A DNA stretch of 64,000 nucleotides from Acidobacteriota bacterium (GTDB taxonomy: Bacteria; Acidobacteriota; UBA890; WLXD01), in assembly GCA_965205505.1 (NCBI GenBank), contig CBDBHB010000008.1:992001-1056000 (forward strand), given 5' to 3'. The translations under genes and the position numbers were made by a program. Below are positions 30,150-39,756 of the stretch, in pieces. The notes beneath the pieces were generated by a model. That model did no database searches. It was not told the DNA's origin and saw nothing but the letters and a program-made list of their open reading frames with translations. Each line of letters starts with the position of its first letter. Position 1 is the first letter of the stretch.

Positions 30150-32654
30150 ATGAGAAGCGCGAAGCTGTTGATGCTCTTAATGGTGCCGCTGTTGTTCTTC
30201 CACACGCAGGCTGCGAGCCAGGCAACGAACCCGACTACGGCGCTACCGCAGACACTCGCGCCGCCATCGCAGAGCGCCACGAGTCCCGTCGCATCGACGG
30301 CGCCTTTGCCAGCCGAGATCATCGACGCCTATTGCGTGTTTTGCCACAACCAGGAGCTGCTCACGGGTGGGCTGACGCTCGACGGGATCGACCTCGAGGG
30401 TGTGGGTCAGGACCCCGAGGTGTGGGAGAAGGTGTGGCACATGGTTCGTACGGGGCAGATGCCCCCGCCGGAGATGCCGCGGCCCGACAAAGAGACCTTG
30501 AGCGCCATGCTGGCGTGGCTGGAAGCGGAGCTGGATGACGCGGCCGCGGCGAATCCCAACCCGGGTAGGGTTGGTATTCATCGAATGAACCGGACGGAGT
30601 ACACCAACGCTGTCCGCGACCTGCTGGCGGTGGAGATCGACGCAACAGCGCTCCTCTTGTCCGACGAGGCCGACGAGGGCTTCGACAATATTGCGGAGAG
30701 CCTGACGATCTCGCCGGCGCATCTGGAGCGCTACCTGTCTGCGGCCCGAACGATCAGCCGCCTCGCGGTGGGCGACCCGACGATGGGGGCTGTCGCGAGC
30801 TCCAAGCTCCATCAGCTGCCCGTGTTCCTGAATCAGGACGTTCGCATCAGCGAGGACCAGCCCTTCGGATCCCGCGGCGGTTTGGCCGTTCGCCACAACT
30901 TCGAGCTCGATGGCGAGTACGTCGTCAAGGTGCTACTGAGACGTCAGATCTACTCCTACATCGTCGGCCTGCGTGATGCCCAGCAAATTGACGTACGCAT
31001 CGACGGGAAGCGCGTTGCGCGCTTCACGGTGGGCGGCGAGGGACGAGAAAAGGGCATCGCCGCCCCATTAACCTGGGCCGGGGAAATCCGTGGGGACATC
31101 GAGTGGGAAAACTACATGCACTCCGCCGACGCTGCCCTGGAGGCCCGCGTGCCCGTGCGGGCCGGTGCGCGAACGGTGTCGGTCTCGTTCGTTCAGCAGC
31201 CGCGCGAGCTCGAGGAAGCGTTGCAGCCGCGGAGCCTCGGCTTCGGGTTCATGTCGGATCAGCTGTACGACGGCTTGGCCGCCGTCGAGAGCGTCGGCAT
31301 TGCCGGTCCGTACCTCGCCGAGGGACCGGGGGATACGCCCAGCCGCCGCCTGGTGTTCGTGTGCCGCCCGCCGACCCCGGCCGACGAAGCGCCCTGTGCC
31401 CGGAAGATCTTGTCGACGCTCGCTCGACGCGCCTATCGCCGACCGGTCACGGACGCGGAGCTGCAGACGCTCGTCGACTTCTACGACACCGGCCGCAGCA
31501 CCGGGGGGTTCGATGCGGGAATCCAAGCGGCAATCGAGCGACTGCTGGTCAGCGTCAACTTCCTACTGCGGGTCGACACCCCCCCACCCGGCGCTGCTCC
31601 CGGCGGGGCGTATCGGCTCAGTGACCTAGACCTGGCCTCGCGGCTGTCTTTCTTCTTGTGGAGCAGCATCCCGGACGAGGAGCTTCTCGATCTGGCGACT
31701 CGCGGCGAGCTCAGTCAGCCAGCAGTTCTCGAAAGCCAAGTACGCCGCATGTTGGCCGACACTCGGTCGAGGATGCTCGTGGAGGACTTCGCAAGTCAGT
31801 GGCTCGGCTTCGGGAAGGCTCTTGTATGGCGGCCCGATCCGGACCTGTTCTTCGAGTTCGACGAAAACCTGCGGCACGCTTTCCTGAAGGAGACCGAGCT
31901 CTTCGTCGACAGCCAGCTGCGCGAAGATCACAGTGTGTTGGACCTGTTGTCCGCCGACTACACATTCGTCAACGAGCGACTGGCCCAGCACTACGGCATT
32001 CCGGGTATCAAGGGCGAGCGCTTTCGGCGCGTGACGCTCGACGATGGCGTGCGCGGCGGTCTTCTAGGCCAAGGGAGCATCCTTATGGTGACTTCCTATC
32101 CGGATCGCACGGCGCCGGTCGTGCGTGGGCGCTGGATGCTCGAGAACATCCTCGGCATGCCACCCCCCCCACCACCAGAGAGCGTGCCGGATTTGGAGCC
32201 GACGGCCAGTGATGGCCGCGTCCTTTCGATGCGAGAGCAAATGGAGCAACATCGGAGGAATCCGGAGTGCGCCACCTGTCACGTGCGCATGGACCCGCTG
32301 GGCTTCGCACTAGAGAACTTCGACGCGGTGGGCCGTTGGCGTACGATGAGCAACGGAATTCCGATCGATGCATCATCCGTATTCGCCGACGGCACGCCCA
32401 TCGATGGTATTGCGGGCATCCGGAAGCTATTGTCGGACCACCGTGAGAACTTGGTCCGCACGTTTACGGCAAAGCTACTGACCTACGCCCTCGGGCGAGG
32501 GGTCGAGTACTACGACAATCCCGCCATTCGCAAGATTCTGCGCCGCGCCGCCGCCACCAATTACCGGTGGTCATCCATCATCCAGGGAATCGTCGACAGC
32601 GAGCCATTCCAGATGGGGAAAGCGCCGCTTCAGATGGAGAGCACCGCGTCATGA
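30150..32654 (+). CDS. DUF1587/1592/1588/1595/1585 cytochrome c-like protein
   Basis: CVFCH, RMNRTEYTNAVRDLL, ASRLSFFLWSSIPD, CATCHVRMDPLGFALENFD, LLTYALGRG. Confidence 0.9.
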   Translation: MRSAKLLMLLMVPLLFFHTQAASQATNPTTALPQTLAPPSQSATSPVASTAPLPAEIIDAYCVFCHNQELLTGGLTLDGIDLEGVGQDPEVWEKVWHMVRTGQMPPPEMPRPDKETLSAMLAWLEAELDDAAAANPNPGRVGIHRMNRTEYTNAVRDLLAVEIDATALLLSDEADEGFDNIAESLTISPAHLERYLSAARTISRLAVGDPTMGAVASSKLHQLPVFLNQDVRISEDQPFGSRGGLAVRHNFELDGEYVVKVLLRRQIYSYIVGLRDAQQIDVRIDGKRVARFTVGGEGREKGIAAPLTWAGEIRGDIEWENYMHSADAALEARVPVRAGARTVSVSFVQQPRELEEALQPRSLGFGFMSDQLYDGLAAVESVGIAGPYLAEGPGDTPSRRLVFVCRPPTPADEAPCARKILSTLARRAYRRPVTDAELQTLVDFYDTGRSTGGFDAGIQAAIERLLVSVNFLLRVDTPPPGAAPGGAYRLSDLDLASRLSFFLWSSIPDEELLDLATRGELSQPAVLESQVRRMLADTRSRMLVEDFASQWLGFGKALVWRPDPDLFFEFDENLRHAFLKETELFVDSQLREDHSVLDLLSADYTFVNERLAQHYGIPGIKGERFRRVTLDDGVRGGLLGQGSILMVTSYPDRTAPVVRGRWMLENILGMPPPPPPESVPDLEPTASDGRVLSMREQMEQHRRNPECATCHVRMDPLGFALENFDAVGRWRTMSNGIPIDASSVFADGTPIDGIAGIRKLLSDHRENLVRTFTAKLLTYALGRGVEYYDNPAIRKILRRAAATNYRWSSIIQGIVDSEPFQMGKAPLQMESTAS

Positions 32655-33988
32655 TCATCGCCAAGAAGGCCATTCCCCGGCGCACGGTGCTACGAGGGTT
32701 GGGCGCCGCCGTCGCACTTCCGCTGCTGGACGCAATGGTGCCGGCAGCGACCGCTCTCAGTCAGACGCCGGCCAAAGCAATAAAACGCTTCGGCGCCGTC
32801 TACGTACCGAACGGGGTGATTCCGGATCGGTGGTTCCCTGCCGCGGTGGGCTCCGATTTCGAGTTTTCGTACGCGTTGAAACCACTGGAGCCGTTTCGCG
32901 ATCGACTGAAGGTGTTGGGCGGCCTCGACAGCGACCCGGTCAGGCCACCCGGCGCGCCCTCCGCGGTTCACGCGCGGGCGAGCACGAAGTTCCTGACCAA
33001 CGTGCACCCCAGCCGTGCGCTCAAAGCCGGCATCTCGATGGACCAGCTGGCCGCCCGAGAGCTGGGTCGAACAACGCAGCTGCCATCGCTCGAGCTCGCC
33101 CTGGATACGGTGGATGCCGCGGCGACTTGCGACGATGGAAGCTGTATCTACACGGGAACGATTTCCTGGGCCGGACCGACTTCGCCGCTACCTATGGAGA
33201 CCGATCCTGCGGCCGTCTTCGAGCGCTTGTTCGGCGAAGACACCACCGATCCGGCGGCGCGCCGCGCCAGCGCACTGCGCAAGACCAGCATTCTCGATTC
33301 GGTGCTCGCAGAGGTCTCGCTGCTCAAGAACAAGGTCGGTCCGAGCGACCAATCCCGACTGGCTGGATACCTGGAGAGCGTGCGCGCGGTGGAGCAGCGT
33401 ATACAGAGAGCGGTCGAGCAGAACGTCGAGCTGCCGGCATTCGACCGGCCAGCCGGCGTTCCAGGCGACTACGCTGAGCATGCGAAGCTGATGTTCGACT
33501 TGCAGGTAATTGCCTACCAGGCCGACATCACTCGCGTCTGCACGTTCATGATGGGAAGGGAGTTCAACGGCCGCACCTACCCCGAGATCGGCGTACCCGA
33601 CTCGCACCACCCGATCTCGCATCACCGGAATGACCCCGAGAAGGTCGACAAGTGTGCCCAGATCAACCGCTACCATACGAAGCTGTTCAGCCATCTGCTG
33701 GAGAAACTGGCCGCGACGCCGGACGGCGACGGGTCGTTGCTGGACCAGGTGGTCATCAAGTTCGGCGCCGGCATGAACGACGGCAACAGCCACATCGTCA
33801 ACGATCTACCGATCGTGCTAGCGGGTGGCGGCGCTGGCCAGCTCGAAGGTGGACAGTACATTCGCTACGGGGAGGGCACGCCGCTCGCAAACCTGCATGT
33901 CGCGCTGCTCGACAAACTGGGGGTACCGGTAGAGAGCTTCGGCAATAGTACGGCCCGTCTCAAGCTCGACTACCTCGGCGGAATCTGA
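32651..33988 (+). CDS. DUF1552 (HxxSHH) protein, Tat signal
   Basis: PRRTVLRGLG, YVPNG, SMDQ, HHPISHH, DGDGSLLD; ATGA-coupled to the upstream gene. Confidence 0.9.
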   Translation: MIIAKKAIPRRTVLRGLGAAVALPLLDAMVPAATALSQTPAKAIKRFGAVYVPNGVIPDRWFPAAVGSDFEFSYALKPLEPFRDRLKVLGGLDSDPVRPPGAPSAVHARASTKFLTNVHPSRALKAGISMDQLAARELGRTTQLPSLELALDTVDAAATCDDGSCIYTGTISWAGPTSPLPMETDPAAVFERLFGEDTTDPAARRASALRKTSILDSVLAEVSLLKNKVGPSDQSRLAGYLESVRAVEQRIQRAVEQNVELPAFDRPAGVPGDYAEHAKLMFDLQVIAYQADITRVCTFMMGREFNGRTYPEIGVPDSHHPISHHRNDPEKVDKCAQINRYHTKLFSHLLEKLAATPDGDGSLLDQVVIKFGAGMNDGNSHIVNDLPIVLAGGGAGQLEGGQYIRYGEGTPLANLHVALLDKLGVPVESFGNSTARLKLDYLGGI

Positions 33989-34002
33989 GCGCGGGCCGGC
34001 GA

Positions 34003-35496
34003 ATGTCTGTCAACCGCCGGACCGCAGCAGCGTGGATGGTAGCGGCGTTGCTCGCCACCGACGGCGTCGCCGCGAGCGGCCAGCTGCACCTCGCCGACGC
34101 CGTCAAAGAGAAGAACGCGGCGGCCATCCAGGCCCTACTGCAGCAGGACGTCGACGTGAGCTCGCCCCAGGCCGACGGGGCGACGGCGCTGCACTGGGCC
34201 GCCTACCAGGACGATCTGGAGCTGGTCGACCAGCTGATCAGCGCCGGCGCCAACGTCAACGCGGCCAATGATCTGGGGGTCACGCCCCTCGCACTGACAA
34301 GCACCAACGGCAACACGGCGATCGTGAGGCGCCTGCTCGAGGCAGGAGCTGATCCCAACGTAGGCGGCGAGACCGGCGTCACGCCGCTGATGCAAGCCGC
34401 GCGGATCGGCGGCGTGGGCGCTGTACAGGCGTTGCTCGAGTTCGAGGCGGACGTGAACGCGCACACCAGTGACCGGCTGCAAACGGCCCTGATGTGGGCC
34501 GCGGCGCAGCGCCACCCGGAGGTGGTCGACGTACTGCTAGACCACGACGCCGACATCCACGCCCGCACCCGCACGCGCCGTGAGGTCGTCATGCTCGACC
34601 TGGGACGGCGGCGAGCTGCCAGGACGGCGGCCGAGGACGCGGCGGAGATCGAGCGCGGAGGAATCACGGCGCTGTTGTTCGCGGCCCAGTCCGGCGACTT
34701 GGATTCAGCGAGACTTCTCCTGGACGCCGGGTCGGACGTGAACGACGCCGGAGCGGACGGCAACTCGGCGCTGGTCGCGGCGGCGTTCTCCGGTCAGGGA
34801 GCCGTTGCCAGGATGCTGCTGGACGCCGGAGCGAATCCGCACAGCGCCGGTGGCGGTTACACGGCGATGCATGCGGCGGTCCTCCGAAGCGATCTCGACA
34901 CCATCGCGGCGCTCCTGGCACACGGCGCAGACATCAACGCGCCGCTCACGAAGGGCAGCCCGATCCGGCGGTACACCTCACACTGGGCTCTCTCGAGTGC
35001 CTGGGCCGGGGCAACGCCGTTGATGCTCGCGTGCCACTACCTGGAAAATCAGATCATGCGGCTGCTGCTCCGCAGCGGTGCCGCCATGACGGCTCTTCCC
35101 AACGAGACTACACCGCTCCTGGTGGCAGCAGGAACCTACGTCGAACGACGCGTCAACCGTCCGCTGGACCACTCCGACACCCCGACAGTCCTCGGTGACA
35201 TTTTCTTTGAGCGCTCAGCAGAGGCTTCGCTCGAGGCTGTCGAGATCCTGCTCGGCGCCGGCGCCGACGTGGACGAAGCGAACCCGGCCGGCGACACTCC
35301 GATGCACGCCGCGGCGGCCAACGGGTTCACGGCTGTGATCGAGTTGCTCGCCGACCGGGGCGCGAAGCTGAACGCAAAGAACCAGCGCGACCAAACGCCG
35401 CTGGCGCTGACATCCGGAAGAGGCGCCCCGGGAAGCACGGCGACCAACCGCGAGAAAGCCGCGACGCTGTTGAGAGAGCTCGGCGCCACGGAGTAA
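34003..35496 (+). CDS. Secreted ankyrin-repeat protein
   Basis: Multiple GxTPLxxAA/GATALHWAA repeats; signal peptide. Confidence 0.92.
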   Translation: MSVNRRTAAAWMVAALLATDGVAASGQLHLADAVKEKNAAAIQALLQQDVDVSSPQADGATALHWAAYQDDLELVDQLISAGANVNAANDLGVTPLALTSTNGNTAIVRRLLEAGADPNVGGETGVTPLMQAARIGGVGAVQALLEFEADVNAHTSDRLQTALMWAAAQRHPEVVDVLLDHDADIHARTRTRREVVMLDLGRRRAARTAAEDAAEIERGGITALLFAAQSGDLDSARLLLDAGSDVNDAGADGNSALVAAAFSGQGAVARMLLDAGANPHSAGGGYTAMHAAVLRSDLDTIAALLAHGADINAPLTKGSPIRRYTSHWALSSAWAGATPLMLACHYLENQIMRLLLRSGAAMTALPNETTPLLVAAGTYVERRVNRPLDHSDTPTVLGDIFFERSAEASLEAVEILLGAGADVDEANPAGDTPMHAAAANGFTAVIELLADRGAKLNAKNQRDQTPLALTSGRGAPGSTATNREKAATLLRELGATE

Positions 35497-35515
35497 GAGC
35501 GAACAGGCTGCGACG

Positions 35516-35974
35516 ATGGTGATCAAAGTTCTTCGTTTGCTGGCGCTGGTGCTGCTGCTGAATATCGCCCGTTACCTCGTCGCACCGGTTCTCGAGGTGC
35601 CGCTGATTTTCGAAGGGCTGTTCGGTGCCATGGCTGCGAACCCGCAACACTTCAACAGCGACTTCACGAGTTGGGACTTCCTGACCTCGTACGCGTACAA
35701 CGGCGCGATGTGGCTCACGATGACGCTGTTGTTCCATCTGCTGCGTCCGGCGCTTCGGGGGTCGGATATGGTTGCTAGCCTCAAGATATACGCTCTAGGC
35801 TGGCTGTTCTTTGCGAGCGTCAGCGGCATCTACATGAACCACTACAGCCATCCTGGCGACTTCTACGCTTGGAACGTGGCCGACGCGGTGATCGCTTTCG
35901 GCGTGGTCGCCCTGGTCAATGGAGTCGCCTATCGTCGCGTGATGGGACCATCCGCCGCCGATGCCCGGGCCTGA
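35516..35974 (+). CDS. Hypothetical 4-TM membrane protein
   Basis: 152-aa ORF with four hydrophobic segments, 19 bp after the ankyrin gene. Confidence 0.7.
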   Translation: MVIKVLRLLALVLLLNIARYLVAPVLEVPLIFEGLFGAMAANPQHFNSDFTSWDFLTSYAYNGAMWLTMTLLFHLLRPALRGSDMVASLKIYALGWLFFASVSGIYMNHYSHPGDFYAWNVADAVIAFGVVALVNGVAYRRVMGPSAADARA

Positions 35975-36025
35975 TCCGCTGCCATTGAGCGAGATCGGCC
36001 GTCGCGTCAATCCGTCGACCGGGTT

Positions 36026-36343
36026 TCAACGTGGTGTCGTCTCACGCGCGACGAGCGCCTCGACCGCCAGATGCGCCGCGCCGATTGCACCCGCGGTCAT
36101 CGCGTCGGCCATCGCATCCGAGTTGGCTATCGCGATACGTCCGAAGGGCTGGCGGGCCGCCCGGGCGGCAGCTCATTGAGCAGCCAATCAACCTCGCCGG
36201 TCTCGGGATCGTGACCGTAGGCATAACCGTGGGGCCAGCGATTCACCGTGATCGCCTCGATGTCACGTGCCGGATCGAACCCCCCGGTAGACAGGATGCA
36301 GTCTAGCTGATCCCTGATGTTGCGCTCGAACGTCTCGAATGTC
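36026..36343 (-). pseudogene. C-terminal remnant of a spermidine dehydrogenase-like flavoprotein
   Basis: FETFERNIRDQL...GFDPARDIEAITVNRWPHGYAY, then a frameshift into ARQPFGRIAIANSDA...AVEAL; the N-terminal bulk is missing. Confidence 0.8.
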
Positions 36344-36437
36344 CCTCCTCCCTTCGTTCGCCGTGAATATGGCACGCACGCGGCACGGAGTGCTAGGGTG
36401 CTGGTTCGATCGTCCTTGGAGAGACTGTGGGGAGCGG

Positions 36438-37715
36438 ATGAGACACGGGAAGCACTTACGGCACCTCGGCTGGCTTTTGGCGCTCAGCTGGCTGGCTGCT
36501 GAGCCGACAACGGCGCTTGGCCAGGAGTGGACGCAGTGGCGCGGGTCACAGCGGGACGGCAAAGCTGCGGCAGAGCTCCTACCATCAGCCCTGCCGAGTG
36601 AGCTCGAGCGCCGCTGGCGCATCGAAGTGGGGCGTGGCTATTCCAGCCCGGTGGTGACGGGTGATCGCATCTTCCTGCTGACGCGGGAAGCCGATGAAGA
36701 GGTCGTTCGATCGCTTGATCTGAGCAGCGGCGCCACCATCTGGCGACAAGCCTACGCCGCTCCCTACGAAGTGAACGTGTCCGCAACCCGCCATGGCGAC
36801 GGGCCCAAGTCCACTCCCGTGCTCTCCGGCGGCAAGCTCTATGTGTTCGGCATCGACGGCATCTTGTCTTGTTTCGATGCCGAGTCGGGCGACCTCGTTT
36901 GGCGTCGCGAGTTTGCCGGCGAGTACCCGACTACCTCACCAATCTACGGTGCCTCAGCATCGCCGTTGGTCGATGGCGGCAGCGTCTTCATTCACGTTGG
37001 CGGTTATCACGATGGCGGGATTGCCGCATTCGATGTGGACACCGGCGAACCGATTTGGACCACCCGCGGCGATGGTCCCGGACACTCTTCCCCGATTCTG
37101 TTGCAGCTACACGGGCAGCGTCAGCTCATCACCCAAACCGATGCCCACATCGTAGGGGTGACCCCGGAGAGCGGCCGTATCCTCTGGAAGATCCCGTTCA
37201 CGACCGACTACGACCAGAGCATCGTCACGCCTGTGGTCGATGGTGAGCATTTGATCTTCTCCGGGCTGGACAAGGGGGTCTTCGCTGTCGAGATCCTCCG
37301 CGATGGCGACTCATGGACATCGGTGGAGCTCTGGCGTAATGACGACCTGCCCATGTATATGAGCTCGCCAGTGCTCGTCGGCACGCGGCTGTTCGGGTTC
37401 ACCCACAAGCGGAGCGGACAGTTCTTCGCCGTCGACGTCGCTAGCGGCCAAACCCTCTGGACCAGCCTCGGCAGGGAGGGCGATAACGCGGCGCTGGTGG
37501 GAATCGGGGATCGCCTCCTCGCCCTTACCGATGGCGGCGAGCTGATCGTGCTTGCAGCTGATGCGACCGAATTTCGGCCGCTGGCGCGCTACGAGGTAGC
37601 CCAGAGTGGTACCTACGCGCATCCAGTGCCAACCCGACAAGGAGTGCTCATCAAGGACGCCTCGTCGCTGTCGCTGTGGCAGATACCGGACGCCGGAGCG
37701 GAAGACGGGCAGTGA
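36438..37715 (+). CDS. PQQ-like (BamB-type) beta-propeller protein
   Basis: WTQWRG, GYSSPVV, STPV and ASPLV repeats; signal peptide. Confidence 0.88.
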   Translation: MRHGKHLRHLGWLLALSWLAAEPTTALGQEWTQWRGSQRDGKAAAELLPSALPSELERRWRIEVGRGYSSPVVTGDRIFLLTREADEEVVRSLDLSSGATIWRQAYAAPYEVNVSATRHGDGPKSTPVLSGGKLYVFGIDGILSCFDAESGDLVWRREFAGEYPTTSPIYGASASPLVDGGSVFIHVGGYHDGGIAAFDVDTGEPIWTTRGDGPGHSSPILLQLHGQRQLITQTDAHIVGVTPESGRILWKIPFTTDYDQSIVTPVVDGEHLIFSGLDKGVFAVEILRDGDSWTSVELWRNDDLPMYMSSPVLVGTRLFGFTHKRSGQFFAVDVASGQTLWTSLGREGDNAALVGIGDRLLALTDGGELIVLAADATEFRPLARYEVAQSGTYAHPVPTRQGVLIKDASSLSLWQIPDAGAEDGQ

Positions 37716-37717
37716 AC

Positions 37718-38569
37718 ATGGCCCAGGGGAAGCCTCACTCGGCGCGGCCGCGATGGGCGATCTGGGTTGCGAGCCTCGCTCTGGCCAACTGCGCCGGGGA
37801 TAGCGAGCCGGCAGAAGCTCTCCGGGATGCAGACCAGACCGCGCCCGTCGAGTCGAAGAAGCTTCCCTATGACCCGACAATCCTGGATGATCCGTCGCGC
37901 ACCGCCGACGACCGCTACCGCGATGAAGGCATGAGGCCGCTCGACGTCTACGCTTTCTTTGGCATTGAACCAGGTATGGACGTTGCCGATCTGGGCACGG
38001 CGATCATGTACAACGCCCACATCCTCAACCACATCGTCGGCTCCGAGGGCAAAGTCTACGCCATCATGGACTGGGGCCCGACGCTGGCCGACTGGCGGGC
38101 CGATCGGACTTTGCCGGCCTATGAGCAGCGCAACGCCAACGGCGCTCTGAGCAACGTCGAGGTGATCGGCACGCTCGAGGAGCTACCCGACAGGAGCCTC
38201 GACGCACTGATCATCGTTCGCCACTACCATGATTTCGGTGAACGGGACGCGCGTATGGCCCAGCTTCCCCGGTTTCTGCGGGCGCTGAAGCCGGGTGGAA
38301 TTCTGGGGGTAATCGATGCGCACACCAACAAGTCCGACGAGCGTGACGAGTCGGTACACCGGATGAACGAAGCGCTGGCACACGAGGAGATCTCGGGCGG
38401 TGGCTTCGAATTCGTGGCGTCGTCCGATCTGCTCCACAACAGCAACGACACCTTCGATTTCGACGGCCGCGAGGGAGCGCGAACACCCGACGATCCATCC
38501 GACGATGCTCCGATCCATCGCTACTTCATCCATCGATGGACGATGAAATTCCGCAAGCCACTGGGCTAG
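37718..38569 (+). CDS. Predicted class I SAM-dependent methyltransferase, lipoprotein
   Basis: LALANC lipobox, DRYRD..RP, FFGIEPGMDVADL, YHD, ALKPGGILGVIDA. Confidence 0.75.
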   Translation: MAQGKPHSARPRWAIWVASLALANCAGDSEPAEALRDADQTAPVESKKLPYDPTILDDPSRTADDRYRDEGMRPLDVYAFFGIEPGMDVADLGTAIMYNAHILNHIVGSEGKVYAIMDWGPTLADWRADRTLPAYEQRNANGALSNVEVIGTLEELPDRSLDALIIVRHYHDFGERDARMAQLPRFLRALKPGGILGVIDAHTNKSDERDESVHRMNEALAHEEISGGGFEFVASSDLLHNSNDTFDFDGREGARTPDDPSDDAPIHRYFIHRWTMKFRKPLG

Positions 38570-38623
38570 AAGCAGGGACAACGTCGCGCGGTTGCGCCCG
38601 GCCTCCCGTTGACTTCAAATCCA

Positions 38624-39583
38624 CTACCTCAGAATGCGCTGATCGCTGAGGTCTTTGCCGCCAACCGCCGTGGAGATCCGCGCTCCCCGGAACTCCTTGA
38701 TCTCGAGATCGGCGAGCGCGTTGACGATGTTGTATTGGGTCGGCATGTCCTCCCAGCGTGCCCGGTGGAACTGCAACGTCCCCTCGCCTCGCCAGGCTCC
38801 CTTGGGGACCTCGTTCGTATTGCCAGAGGGACTAAGAACGGCGTAATGCACGTCGGCGGTGCCCCACTCGCCGGTCTTCGGGATGTACTTGTAGTGAAGC
38901 GTTCCACTTAGCTCGCCATCTGTTCGGTCGGCCGCGGTCGACCCGCCGTCGGCAACCGGCACCTCCTGCAATTCCTTCACGCTCATGTCGAGGAACTTGA
39001 AGCCCATCCAGCTGGCGGTAACGTGGGTCTCTCCTTCGTACACCCTGGGCTCGGGAAGGTCGGCGTAGATCTTCGAGAACCCAAGCTCGTCGCGTCCAGT
39101 GAGAATTGGGTCCGTTAGGTTCTCCCAGAGCACCAGCAAGATGCTGCCGCTGGCGCGGTCTTCCCTGCCCTCGAACCTGGCGGGAAAGCTGACGCCGAGG
39201 ATGTTGTAGCCGCGCCCGGCGAGCCACGGGATCTCGGTGATGTAGGTGGCCGCGACGGTGACCACCGGCTCGCCGTTGAGCGAGAACCCTTCGGGGAGCA
39301 GCGCGGCCAGCTGTTCTGCATTGGTGAGGAAGCTCACCGCAATGGTCTTCTTCTGTGGCGCGCCGACGTTGTCGAACGTCTCGCCGTTCGGCCCCCGCCG
39401 CGGACCAGTACGGGGACCGAAATGCGTCGGCATTCGGTACATCGCATCGGGATCGAACGTGTAACTCATGGACGCTGCACCCTCTGCTGCAGGGACTCGG
39501 CCCGCGCTCGCGCCGGCACTCCACGCCGCAAGCGCCACCAACGAAACGACAACTGCAAACAACCAGCGGCTTCTCGTATTCAT
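38624..39583 (-). CDS. Acetoacetate decarboxylase-like family protein with signal peptide
   Basis: LLPEGF, PILTGRDELGFSKIYAD (Schiff-base Lys region); GAAGGAG RBS before ATG 39583. Confidence 0.8.
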   Translation of the reverse strand: MNTRSRWLFAVVVSLVALAAWSAGASAGRVPAAEGAASMSYTFDPDAMYRMPTHFGPRTGPRRGPNGETFDNVGAPQKKTIAVSFLTNAEQLAALLPEGFSLNGEPVVTVAATYITEIPWLAGRGYNILGVSFPARFEGREDRASGSILLVLWENLTDPILTGRDELGFSKIYADLPEPRVYEGETHVTASWMGFKFLDMSVKELQEVPVADGGSTAADRTDGELSGTLHYKYIPKTGEWGTADVHYAVLSPSGNTNEVPKGAWRGEGTLQFHRARWEDMPTQYNIVNALADLEIKEFRGARISTAVGGKDLSDQRILR

Positions 39584-39756
39584 GACCTTACTCCTTCGCT
39601 GCCACGCAGCCCGGGCTATCCATGGAGGGGCGGAGCTTAGCCGCGACCCGCAAAGAACGCCAAGTAGGCCAAGGCCCACCCACTTGACAGCAAGGGTGCG
39701 CGGGAGCAGCGTTCGGCACGAAGTCGAGCCCCGTCCACCCTGCGAAGAGTCCTGCA

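Noticed and set aside
28919-35496. PD40 and ankyrin repeats as CRISPR or DNA repeat arrays
   Set aside because: These are protein-level repeats inside ORFs, with no identical repeat-spacer pattern and no cas genes.
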